The notes beneath the pieces are model-generated. The model was not told the origin of the DNA and ran no database searches. It worked only from the letters and a program-made list of their open reading frames with translations. A stretch of 64,000 nt of DNA from Flavobacteriales bacterium (GTDB lineage: Bacteria; Bacteroidota; Bacteroidia; Flavobacteriales_F; PHOS-HE28): NCBI GenBank assembly GCA_016717305.1, contig JADKFY010000002.1, forward strand, positions 189,812 to 253,811, in the 5' to 3' direction. Shown one piece after another: positions 37,717-47,273 of this stretch. The position numbers were made by a program, and so were the translations under genes. Within the stretch, counting starts at the first letter, position 1. Each line of letters opens with the position of its first letter.

Positions 37717-39006
37717 TGAAGCGCGTCCTCATCATCACCTACTACTGGCCGCCAAACGGCGGCGCGGGTGTGTACAGGTGGTTGAAGATGAGCAAATACC
37801 TGCCGGAATATGGCTGGCAGCCCGTGATCTACACGCCGCTGGATCCGGAACTAACGGCGGTGGACCATGGCTTGGCCAAGGACATTTCTCCGGATCTGGA
37901 GGTGATCAGACACCCCATCACGGAACCATTCTCGCTGTATAAACGCTTCACCGGACGAAAGCAGGAAGAGCGCGTGCAAACCGCATTCTTGAACGAAGGT
38001 GGAAAGCGGGGTTGGAAGGAGGATGTCGCCCTTTGGATCCGTAGCAATTTCTTCGTGCCGGATGCCAGAGTATGGTGGGTTAAGCCTTCTATCAAGTTCT
38101 TGAAGGAATACGTGGTAAAACATCCCGTCGATGCGATCATCACCACCGGTCCGCCGCACAGCATGCACCTGATCGGCTTGGGGTTGAAACAAGCGAAAGG
38201 CATCAAGTGGATCGCTGACTTCCGTGACCCTTGGACGGATATCGACTACTACGGGCAGCTCACATTGACCGACTGGGCAGATCGCAAGCACCATCGTCTG
38301 GAGCGCCAAGTATTGCAGGCTGCGGATCGTGTGGTCACGGTGAGTTGGACCTGGGCAACGGACCTTTCTGCCATTAGTGGTCGTCCAGTGGAAGTGATCA
38401 CCAACGGCTTCGATCCGGAAGATGTGCCCACCACCGGAGCTGGTGGATGATGCTTGGAGCTTGGTCCATGTAGGATCCATGAGTGCCACCCGCGACTGTC
38501 CTGAATTGTGGGCTGCATTAGCTGGGATCTGCACGACCGATCCGGGATTCTCCCAACGACTGAAGATCCGATTCGTGGGCCCGGTGGACAAAAGCATCAT
38601 TGACAACTTGGCCGCAGCAGGGCTTGCCACGAATGTGGAGCAACTAGGCCGTGTTGACCATGGCACGGCAATGCGCGAAATGCAGCGCGCACGCGTGTTG
38701 TTGCTACCGATCAACGACACTCCGAACAGTGCCGGGATCCTGCCGGGAAAGGTTTTCGAATACCTCAGTGTTGGTCGGCCGATCTTGGCGGTGGGACCAA
38801 AGAATGGTGACATTGCCAAGGTGCTCGGCAAGGATCAGTTGCTGGTGGAACGTGGTGATCTGGGAAAGGAACAAGGTCGCATCCGATCCTTGTTTGCGGA
38901 TGCAGAAAGCACAATCATAACGGATCACCAGAAGTACAGCCGCCGATCCCTGGCTGGCGCCGTAGCCGACCTTCTGAAAAGCACTGTACAGGACCCGAAA
39001 GGATGA
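37716..39006 (+). pseudogene. GT4-family glycosyltransferase, split by a 1-nt insertion
   Basis: N-terminal ORF MKRVLIITYYWPPNGGAGVYRW... ends ...ITNGFDPEDVPTTGAGG-stop. The second ORF continues PPPELVDDAWSLVHVGSM... and has the GILPGKVFEYLSVGRPILAV motif. The frames join if one C of CCC 38427-38429 is removed. Confidence 0.8.
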
Positions 39007-39067
39007 GTGGTACGACCTTGGAGATCGGGTATCAAACGCCAAATGTAAGGCGTGTTCGCATTTATCT

Positions 39068-39128
39068 GCGTTCTCCCGCACTGCTGCGGGATGCGTTCTC
39101 CTGCGCTGCTGCGGGATGCGGTTCTTTT
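39068..39128 (+). terminator. 2.3 copies of a 25-nt tandem repeat, each forming a GC-rich hairpin, ending in ttctttt
   Basis: gcgttctcccgcactgctgcgggat (39068-39092) and gcgttctcctgcgctgctgcgggat (39093-39117), then gcggttctttt. The stem is cccgca/tgcggg. Confidence 0.5.
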
Positions 39129-39202
39129 CAGTCTTTGGTAGGTGCCAAAGGCACCCTCATGAACCGCATGCAGTGCTCCGATAAACCCATCTCAAATTCG
39201 AA

Positions 39203-40690
39203 ATGGGCATCGTAGCACGTCAGGCCACGCTCAATACCCTGCTCGCTTATATCGGGATCGGGCTGGGCTTCGTCAATGTGGTACTGCTCTATCCGAAAGT
39301 GCTGGATGCGGACCAGTTCGGCCTTACCCGGTTGCTGGTATCCATTACGACCATCGCCGCTCAAGTGGCACAGCTTGGGATGGAGAATACAGTGATCCGA
39401 TACTTCCCGTATTTCCGGGATCCCAACAAGGACCATCGCGGCATCCTAGGCATGTTGCTGGTCTTCGGTACGGCGATCGGTCTCTTGGCCATGCTCGTGC
39501 TGGGCCTCATGCAGGGTACGTTCAACGACATTTTCTCGGATGAGAATTCGCTCTTTGGTGCACATGGCCTATTGTTGTTGCCCTTGGTCTTCGCGGAGAT
39601 CCATTTCATCTTGCTGCGGAGCTACAGTCGCTCTCTTCGGCGCACCGTTCAACCGAGCTTCATTCGTGAATTCGTGCTACGGTTATTGCAGACCGCATTG
39701 ATCCTGTTCCAAGCATGGAAGCCGATGCCCTTCGGTCAATTCATGATGCTCTACACAGCGATCTTCTTGGTGTGTACGTTGTTATTGGCGGGGGATCTTT
39801 ATCGTGCTGGCCATTTCAAATTGGGTTGGGCGAACAGGTGGTTGCCGCGAAGGCTACGGAACAGCATGATCACGTATAGTGGCTTCACGTTTTCGGCAAG
39901 TCTGGCCGGGATCATCTTGGGTAACATGGACCAATTGATGATCGGTGCGCTTATCGGTGATGGCTTGAAGTATGTGGCGATCTATGCCGTAGCCTTCTAT
40001 TTCGGATCGGTGATCGCCGCGCCCGCCCGCGCTTTGCAACAAGCCGCAGTACCCCTATTGGCCGATGCCTGGAAACGCAATGATACCGTGATGATCCAGT
40101 CCCTCTATCAGCGTTCGTCCTTGGTGCAATTGCTGATCAGTGGCTTCCTCTTCCTCTTGATGTGGAATGGCCTTGATGGTCTTTTCGCATTGCTCCCAGC
40201 TGAATATGCAGGTGGTGCCGAAGTGGCATTGATCATCGGACTTTCATACATGTTCACCAGCGCGGTGCAATTGGGTGTCGGCATCATCAGCATGTCGCGG
40301 TCCTATCGGCTGGATGCGTGGACCAGCATGAGCATGTTGCTCGTGAACCTGATCGCCAATTTCTTCCTGATCCGATCCATGGGCATCGTGGGCGCGGCAT
40401 GGGCCACTTTCATATCACTGGCCTTGGTCAATGTGTTCCGCACGTGGTTCCTGTGGAAGCGTTATCGGCTTTGGCCCTTTGAACGGCGCACCATCGCTGT
40501 GCTATTGATCGTTGCGGTCATCGCACTTATGGTATCGCAAGTCCCCACCATGGGCAGCCCGATCGTTGACCTGATCGTCCGTTCGGGCATCGCCACTTTG
40601 ATCTTCTGGCCGGCGGCCTATTTCTTGGGACTGATGAAGGAGTTGATCGCTTTCGCGCAGCAGTTAAGGGGGCGAGCTTCCTTGTCGTAG
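39203..40690 (+). CDS. Wzx-like oligosaccharide/polysaccharide flippase (MOP superfamily)
   Basis: 495 aa with about 12-14 TM segments. The N terminus ARQATLNTLLAYIGIGLGFVNVVLLYPKVL..FGLTRLL is typical of Bacteroidota polysaccharide biosynthesis proteins. Confidence 0.8.
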   Translation: MGIVARQATLNTLLAYIGIGLGFVNVVLLYPKVLDADQFGLTRLLVSITTIAAQVAQLGMENTVIRYFPYFRDPNKDHRGILGMLLVFGTAIGLLAMLVLGLMQGTFNDIFSDENSLFGAHGLLLLPLVFAEIHFILLRSYSRSLRRTVQPSFIREFVLRLLQTALILFQAWKPMPFGQFMMLYTAIFLVCTLLLAGDLYRAGHFKLGWANRWLPRRLRNSMITYSGFTFSASLAGIILGNMDQLMIGALIGDGLKYVAIYAVAFYFGSVIAAPARALQQAAVPLLADAWKRNDTVMIQSLYQRSSLVQLLISGFLFLLMWNGLDGLFALLPAEYAGGAEVALIIGLSYMFTSAVQLGVGIISMSRSYRLDAWTSMSMLLVNLIANFFLIRSMGIVGAAWATFISLALVNVFRTWFLWKRYRLWPFERRTIAVLLIVAVIALMVSQVPTMGSPIVDLIVRSGIATLIFWPAAYFLGLMKELIAFAQQLRGRASLS

Positions 40691-40805
40691 TGGATCAGGA
40701 ACTTAAATATGCATGGGCTCGTGCTCATGCGAATTGGCTAGGGTATTTCGAGTGCTATCACTCGCATTTCACTTCGCAACTCTCTTCTTCCCGTATTTTG
40801 GCGGC

Positions 40806-41525
40806 ATGGCAGAACATACCACGACTACCGCGCAGATAAAGGAGTTCTATGATGGACATGCCAAGGAGATACAACAACATGTCGGTGTGAACATCCGGCA
40901 TCGCAGCATCATGCAGCGACTTCGTCGAGCGGGCCTGCACAAGGATCACCGTGTCTTGGAGATCGGCTGTGGCATAGGAACACTCACATCGTTGTTGGCC
41001 AAGTACGTATCCGTTGGAACAATACATGCCGTGGATATCAGTGAGGGCGCCGTACAGATCGCTCAGGAGCGTTTCAAGGACAATGGAAGAGTGACGTTAC
41101 AAGTTTCGGATATGTCCGATTTCATCTCTGAGAAGCCATTCGACAGGATCGTGCTTCCAGATGTATTGGAGCATATTCCGGAAGAGCAGCATGCAAACCT
41201 CTTCGGGATTCTGGCGAAGTACCTCGCCCCGGACGGTACCATTTGCATCCACATTCCCGATCCCGTGTTCCTTGACCAAGTGCGCCGGGAGCGTCCGGAG
41301 ATCCTACAGATCATTGACCAATCACTTTCCATTCAATCCATGGTGGAACGCTTCGCCGTCCATAACATGGTCCTTAATCGTTACGAGCGCTACGGGCTTT
41401 GGATCAAGGAACCCGAGTATGATTGGGTGGAGTTCAGGCATGCTGCGATGTCGACAACACGATCACCTTGGTCCAAGTTGCAGACCAAGGTGATCGAATG
41501 GCGTTACAGAATTGGAACGTTTTGA
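40806..41525 (+). CDS. class I SAM-dependent methyltransferase
   Basis: Start at ATG 40806. Motif I is VLEIGCGIGTLT. The post-I acidic residue and the DRIVLPDVLEHIP motif are present. Confidence 0.8.
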   Translation: MAEHTTTTAQIKEFYDGHAKEIQQHVGVNIRHRSIMQRLRRAGLHKDHRVLEIGCGIGTLTSLLAKYVSVGTIHAVDISEGAVQIAQERFKDNGRVTLQVSDMSDFISEKPFDRIVLPDVLEHIPEEQHANLFGILAKYLAPDGTICIHIPDPVFLDQVRRERPEILQIIDQSLSIQSMVERFAVHNMVLNRYERYGLWIKEPEYDWVEFRHAAMSTTRSPWSKLQTKVIEWRYRIGTF

Positions 41526-41551
41526 AGGCATTCCCCTTGACCTAAAGATGT

Positions 41552-42652
41552 TCAGGTTTCGTCCATTGCGCGCATCAGCCGATCGGTGCGACGCTCCATT
41601 GTGAAAGGCACTATCCGTTCGCGCGCTGCCCTGCGAAGGGCGCTTCGTTTCTCCGGTGACAAGTTCTCGATAGAGGTTATCGCATCTACCAAGACAGCAA
41701 CGTCCCTTTCTTTGATCACAATTCCAATTTCCTCGACAATGTTGGGCATTGAGGTGATATTTGAAACAACGGGTATGCACCCACAGAGCATGGCTTCGCA
41801 AAGTGCGTTCGGAAAGCCTTCCATAACGGAGGGTTGAAGCACTATGCTATTAGCTCCAAAAAGCTTGTTCAATTCTCTCGGTTCAACACGTCCGAGCAGT
41901 CGTAAATTTGAGGGGAGGCCAGTGAAGGCCTCCACATTCACCAAGCCTATCAAGGTGAATTGGTAGGTGGGTAACTGCTGGGCTGCAGCGATGATCAGAT
42001 CGATACCTTTTCGGAAGTAGACCGGATCTTCGTAAGCTGCTCCGAAGGCTACACAAATGCAAGAACGTTGGGTGCGTTCACTTTCAGGGGTCGTCCATTG
42101 GCCATGATCGAATCCATAAGGAACGGCCGTGGATCTGGTTTTCAAGTCCTGTACGAAATGAGCATAGCCTTGTTGTTTTGGACCAAAGTCACTGAACGTG
42201 TTCTCGAAACACTCCAGCGATGGATCAACCGGAAGTATACAGGCTGCACGCCGGAACGAAAAGGCCATGGCCCATCGCATCCATGGCTTGCGGAAACTGC
42301 CATAGTTTATCTTCGGGAAGGAGCAGGCATCACTTCCTGCTACGATTATGTAAGTCCTGAATCCCAGTAGTGTCGGAAGTACTGTATGATAGCCTGCGAA
42401 GTGCGTTACAACATGCTGCACTCCTTGGTTGCGAGCCTTGAGAAGGAACATTAGTTGGCGTAACAGGTCACCTGGAAGGAGCCATGCTGAACCAGAATTG
42501 AAGCGGTGTTCAATAACTCTTCCACGAACAGAAAGGGCATCGATATCCTTGACGACAAAGTATAATCGATTGGGGTAGATGTAGGCTAATTTTTGGACGG
42601 TCCATGACCTGGTCAGCTCAGAATGATCTCTCATCCCCCTCACCTTACCCAC
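41552..42652 (-). CDS. GT4-family (group 1) glycosyltransferase
   Basis: C-terminal EGFPNALCEAMLCGCIPVVSN motif. An alternative start at 42634 would avoid overlap with the repaired DUF2147 gene. Confidence 0.85.
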   Translation of the reverse strand: MGKVRGMRDHSELTRSWTVQKLAYIYPNRLYFVVKDIDALSVRGRVIEHRFNSGSAWLLPGDLLRQLMFLLKARNQGVQHVVTHFAGYHTVLPTLLGFRTYIIVAGSDACSFPKINYGSFRKPWMRWAMAFSFRRAACILPVDPSLECFENTFSDFGPKQQGYAHFVQDLKTRSTAVPYGFDHGQWTTPESERTQRSCICVAFGAAYEDPVYFRKGIDLIIAAAQQLPTYQFTLIGLVNVEAFTGLPSNLRLLGRVEPRELNKLFGANSIVLQPSVMEGFPNALCEAMLCGCIPVVSNITSMPNIVEEIGIVIKERDVAVLVDAITSIENLSPEKRSALRRAARERIVPFTMERRTDRLMRAMDET

Positions 42653-43046
42653 ACCTGCGTCCTATAAAAGAACGCCACATAGCCGCGCACTTTCAATTTG
42701 CCGTCCTCCACCCAAAGCTTGCAATCGTAAACATCGCCGGTTGCGGGATCCATGATCGTTCCTCCGCTCCATTCATTGCCTTTTTGCGCATGTTGCGGAT
42801 GATCTCCATGCCCATGATCGGTTGGTCTTTCCGGTCATCGGTGCATTTGTTACAGCGGTTCTTCTGCTTGGCCTTGTCCATGATCTCCAGTACGTGGCCT
42901 GTTGCAATGCCGTTGATCACCTTGATCTCCATCAACGAGGTCTTGATGCCGGTATGATCGTTTATTGTGGTCCATCGACCCGCAATATCCTGAGCGAACG
43001 CTGAGGAGGAATAGCAAACAAGAAGAAGGAGGAAAAGCCTTTCCAT
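42640..43046 (-). pseudogene. DUF2147-domain periplasmic protein, split by a 1-nt deletion
   Basis: The track ORF ends ...IIRNMRKKAMNGAEERS... A neighbouring frame reads GNEWSGGTIMDPATGDVYDCKLWVEDGKLKVRGYVAFFYRTQVW-stop(42640-42642), the canonical DUF2147 tail. The slip is at cc-ttttt-g, 42779-42786. Confidence 0.8.
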
Positions 43047-43047
43047 G

Positions 43048-46000
43048 TTAGAAACTACGGCCGATCGCTACAACGTACCGATACGCTAGATCGTCTTTTT
43101 CGGCAGCAGGGAGAGCGGAGAGGATCAAGGGCATGTCGAATCGGATCGTTAACGGTTTCAGGTCCACCAAGGGTCCCCATTTCTTGATCGTGAACGCAGC
43201 ACCCACACCGGCATCGGCACGTGGGTCGGCAAGGAAAAGGCGTTGGTTGTCGTTCTTGTTGGCGCGGTAGCCCATCATTCCCACATCGCCGAACAGGTAC
43301 ACATCCAAGTGGAAATATTGCGCGAGTTTACCGGGTCGGAAACGAACGAGCCCGTCAAGATCCAATTCACCAGAAGCACTTAAGCCGGTGTTGCCACGAT
43401 GCGTGAAGATCAGGTTGCCGTTGACGTCGGATTCCGGTGCGAGATAACCCGCATATCCGCGCAGGTTCATGCCACCACCATGTTGGAAATTGTTCACGTT
43501 GCTGCCGTAGCCGAGGTAGTCGTACGGAACGATCCCTACACTGCGCACGTATTTGTTGTCCATCATTTCCTCGGGGTTGGCCCCGGCCAGGAACAAGGCG
43601 CTTTCGCGCGGCGTATTGCCCGATCCGTATTGACCGAAGAGGCGCGTGTGCAATTTCAACTTGCCCAATTTGTTCTCGTTGGTGGCCGTGATCTTCACTT
43701 GCGCATAGTTGGAAGCCGAACCCACGGCACTGTTGCGCAGGTCGATCCGAATTGCGCCATTCGAACCTCCGTATTCGTAGCGGTGCTTCAGTCCGATCTC
43801 CAAGTATCCGTTCAGCTTATTCACCTCCCATTGGTCAGGGTAGAGCAAATAGGTGAGGTCAGTACTGTCGCGTCGAAGGAGGTAAACCAACCCCGCACTG
43901 ATCTCCGTGCGTTTGTTCGGCAGTAGCCATTTGAACCCACCGCCGTAACGCTCAAGACCATCGAGCATGCGGGCGTATACGAAGACTGAAGAACCCTTCA
44001 ACAGCTTTTCCGTTCCGTTCTCATAACGGAAATTGAACGAAGCGGGATCGTAGCCGGTGTCCTTATTACCGGGTACCGTGTCCATTTGGGAGCGGTTCGT
44101 TGCCGGCAGGTATTGCCCGATGCCTGTGTTCAACCATGCGCTGAAGTGGACCCGGTGCTTGTACTTCAGGTAACTGCTGTTCAGGTGAACGCCCACCTTC
44201 ATGCCGTCATATCCGTTCCACCAGAGGTCGGGCCGCACGAAGGCTTGGTAGATCTTGCGATCCGGCCGGTTGCCGATATGATGGTCAAAGGTGATCTCGA
44301 TCGGTGGTACGAGCTGGTCATTCACTTTGTAGGCATCGGCAAGACGGTTGGTCGGGTCTATGATCACGTTCTGGATACCGGAGGGAATGTCCACCTGTGC
44401 GAAGTGAACGCGCTCCAGATCGTCGTAACCGATCCAACGTGGTAGCACCGTAGCGGTTGTGCTCTTCTCGAACCACGTGTTGGGGATATGGAAGTCATGT
44501 TCGGTTCCATCGCGGGCGATCACGCGCAGATCGATCGGCATGTGCAGGTCTCCGATGCGGCGAATGCGAATGGTCTGTCCGGAATCTTTGTGTTTGCCCT
44601 TTACCCCTCTAACCGCATAGTCGATGCGCTTATCGGTTTCTATCCATTGGTCGAAGAACCAGTTGAGGTCCGCCTTTGTGTATTCATGGAAGCTCTTCCG
44701 CATGTCCTCGGGATAGGGGTGGCAGAATTTCCATTGGTTGAAATAGTGCTGCATGGCGCCAAGGAAGAGCGAGTCGCCCAGAACGTATGGCAGGTTGTAC
44801 AACATGGTAGCGGTCTTGGAGTAGACCTGCCCGTAACCGCCTCCATAATGACCGAACTCATCGCTGTGCGTGTTGATCGGACGCAGTTGGTCTCGCACGG
44901 CATCGCGCTGGTAACCGTAGTACACTTCTTGCTCACGTGCTAATGGCCTTTCAGTGAAGCGGCGTTCGTAACGTGTGGTGGGAGTATCGGTCACCATCGT
45001 ATCACCGTCGATGTGTTCCAAGCCCCAGGAAGTTAGGAATTGGGTGAATCCTTCATCCAGGAAAGCGCGGTAGGTCTCGTTGTTCCCGACCATTCCGAAG
45101 AACCAGTTGTGGCCCACCTCATGCGCGATAAGACCACGATAGTTCGGGTCATTACCGCTATCGAGCGTTAGCATGGGGTACTCCATGCCGTCGCGTGCAT
45201 CGGCCACGATCATTTTCGGGTAGCCGTACATGCCGAAGTCACGACTGAAGCATTCGATCACTTTGGCGGTGTATGCCGCGGCATTCTGCCAACCACTGGC
45301 ATGTGGTTCCTGCACGAGGGCAACGCACTTTATCCCATTCCATTCTGCTTCGCCGATGCGGTAGTTCGGGTCTGCGGTAAAGGCGAAGTCATGCACGTTC
45401 TCGGCATGGAATTTCCATACTTTCCGTTTGTCGGGTTCCGGTTGAATGATCACCGATGGCGCTTCGTTCCACGGTTTGTCCTTGAAATTGGTGATCGCGA
45501 GTTTCGCTTTCAGGTCCGGCGGAAGTACCTCACTTTCGTTCTGCAGCCAACCTGTCGCATCAACGATGTAGTGGTGCGGGAAGTCCAACTCCACATCGAA
45601 GGTTCCGAAGTCGCCATAGAACTCGCTGCCCAAATGTTGTTGGGTGTCCCAACCGAACTTCGCATCGTACACCGCGATCCGCGGGTACCAGTGAACACCA
45701 TCGAAGTGCTTGCTACCCCATGCTTTGAAAAGCTTCATGCGCCGGTACACGTCCGACGTCCAGTGGGTCGTGAACTGGATCGTGATCTCTGTGCTCTTGC
45801 CTGGTGCAAGCGGTGCGTTCAACCAGACTTTCAAGACCGTGTTGTCCTGTTCTTGTCTTAAGGGTGTACCATCTGTGGAAATGGACGAAACACGAGTGCC
45901 TGCGTAGCCAACAGTATCCCTCGTGGTCCGTCTAAGTCCGCTCTCCTTGCGATCCAGATAGGATCCTTCAACAAATGCTTCTTGATAGAGGTGGAAGTAA

Positions 46001-46260
46001 ATGAAGCCAAGACTGTCCGGTGAATTGTTCACGTAGTTCAGGGCGAGATCTCCGGCCAACGTCTCGGCTTGGTCATCCATTCGACCCGTGATGGTGTAAT
46101 GGACATCCTGCTGCCAATAGCCGGCATGCGGTGGCCTGTTCTTCCAGTAATAGGGATTGTTGGGGCTGGCGTAAGTATCCGGCGGATGCAATGCATCGAA
46201 TGGCTGGGCCAATGCCGCAAAGCCGAACAGGACAACGGACAGTGAAATGAGTGTACGCAT
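43048..46260 (-). CDS. M1-family zinc metallopeptidase domain fused to a C-terminal Omp85-like outer-membrane barrel
   Basis: Start at 46260 (signal SLSVVLFGFAALAQ). HEVGHNWF (45109-45123 region) and DEGFTQF form the gluzincin motif. The C-terminal region has GGGMNLRGY and alternating beta-strand patterns, and ends in ...VVAIGRSF. Confidence 0.75.
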   Translation of the reverse strand: MRTLISLSVVLFGFAALAQPFDALHPPDTYASPNNPYYWKNRPPHAGYWQQDVHYTITGRMDDQAETLAGDLALNYVNNSPDSLGFIYFHLYQEAFVEGSYLDRKESGLRRTTRDTVGYAGTRVSSISTDGTPLRQEQDNTVLKVWLNAPLAPGKSTEITIQFTTHWTSDVYRRMKLFKAWGSKHFDGVHWYPRIAVYDAKFGWDTQQHLGSEFYGDFGTFDVELDFPHHYIVDATGWLQNESEVLPPDLKAKLAITNFKDKPWNEAPSVIIQPEPDKRKVWKFHAENVHDFAFTADPNYRIGEAEWNGIKCVALVQEPHASGWQNAAAYTAKVIECFSRDFGMYGYPKMIVADARDGMEYPMLTLDSGNDPNYRGLIAHEVGHNWFFGMVGNNETYRAFLDEGFTQFLTSWGLEHIDGDTMVTDTPTTRYERRFTERPLAREQEVYYGYQRDAVRDQLRPINTHSDEFGHYGGGYGQVYSKTATMLYNLPYVLGDSLFLGAMQHYFNQWKFCHPYPEDMRKSFHEYTKADLNWFFDQWIETDKRIDYAVRGVKGKHKDSGQTIRIRRIGDLHMPIDLRVIARDGTEHDFHIPNTWFEKSTTATVLPRWIGYDDLERVHFAQVDIPSGIQNVIIDPTNRLADAYKVNDQLVPPIEITFDHHIGNRPDRKIYQAFVRPDLWWNGYDGMKVGVHLNSSYLKYKHRVHFSAWLNTGIGQYLPATNRSQMDTVPGNKDTGYDPASFNFRYENGTEKLLKGSSVFVYARMLDGLERYGGGFKWLLPNKRTEISAGLVYLLRRDSTDLTYLLYPDQWEVNKLNGYLEIGLKHRYEYGGSNGAIRIDLRNSAVGSASNYAQVKITATNENKLGKLKLHTRLFGQYGSGNTPRESALFLAGANPEEMMDNKYVRSVGIVPYDYLGYGSNVNNFQHGGGMNLRGYAGYLAPESDVNGNLIFTHRGNTGLSASGELDLDGLVRFRPGKLAQYFHLDVYLFGDVGMMGYRANKNDNQRLFLADPRADAGVGAAFTIKKWGPLVDLKPLTIRFDMPLILSALPAAEKDDLAYRYVVAIGRSF

Positions 46261-46317
46261 GGAAAGGTAGGAGCAAGATAAGTTCAGGGCACGGATCAAC
46301 GGTTGGTCACCTACTTA

Positions 46318-47270
46318 CTAGGTCTTTTCCTTCAGTGGCAAATGCGCACTTCGGTGGTTCCGTGCCCGCATAATGCTCGTGTTCAGTTCGTATCCAATAA
46401 GTAGAACGATCATGTTGAAATACAACCAAAGTTGGACCGCGAGTATGGCACCGATGGAGCCGTACAGCGCGTTGTAGTCCGTTATGTTCGAGAATACAAA
46501 GGCCAGCGCTTGCGATACCAGCATGATCAGGAGCATGGCCAGGATCGCGCCGGGTGTGAATAGTCGGAATCGTTTGGTCGTAGGGTCTCCGGCATTGTAC
46601 AACAGCGACACGAAGAGCACGACCACCAATATGGACACGATCCACTTCACAAGGAACAAAGCCGCCAATTGGAAATAACTACTGAAGAAATGCAGTTCCT
46701 CCAACTTATAAATGATGCTTCCACTGAAGGTGAGCAACGGGATGGCGATCATGGTAAGTACGGTGAGTGCAAGGAGCAGGCCGATGCTCAACACGCGTTG
46801 CTTGAGCGGGGAGTGCCAAGTGCTGTGGTTTGAACTTCCGCTAAATCCAAGAAGGATGGCATCGATGCTGTCGCTGGCCATGAATACACCAACAAGGAAA
46901 CTCACGGAAAGCAAGGTGCCGTGTTTCCGGACAAGCAGGTCATGCAAAGTTGATTCGATGAATTTGTACACCTCCAAGGGCAGCATGTCGTGGAAGGTGA
47001 CCAACAGCTTGGCTTGGAAATCCGGAATTGGAATGTATGGATCATCGTGAGCAGCACGATCACCGCCGGGAAGAACGCCACGAAGAGTTTGAAGGAGATC
47101 GCGGAGGCCCGCATAACGATGTTACCCTTGGTCAAGGCTCTGACAAAGAAGCGGGAAATGTTGTACAGGTTGAACCCCTCGAAACCAGGCAGCACGATCT
47201 GGCCGGCCCACCGGATCAACTGCCTAAAGCCGCGCGAGTACAGGAGCTTGCGGGCCAGTTTCTTGAACAT
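46318..47270 (-). pseudogene. YihY/BrkB-family membrane protein, split by a 1-nt deletion
   Basis: N-terminal ORF ...RASAISFKLFVAFFPAVIVLLTMI then a slip. The second frame reads PYIPIPDFQAKLLVTFHDMLPLEVYKFIE... The frames join if a G is added to GG 47039-47040. Confidence 0.8.
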
Positions 47271-47273
47271 GCA

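Noticed and set aside
15516-47270. Programmed ribosomal frameshifting or phase variation as the explanation for the split genes.
   Set aside because: The homopolymers are only 2-5 nt long, too short for efficient slipped-strand phase variation. There are no slippery heptamers or downstream structures. The affected genes are functionally unrelated, and both +1 and -1 changes occur. Sequencing error or plain mutation is more parsimonious.
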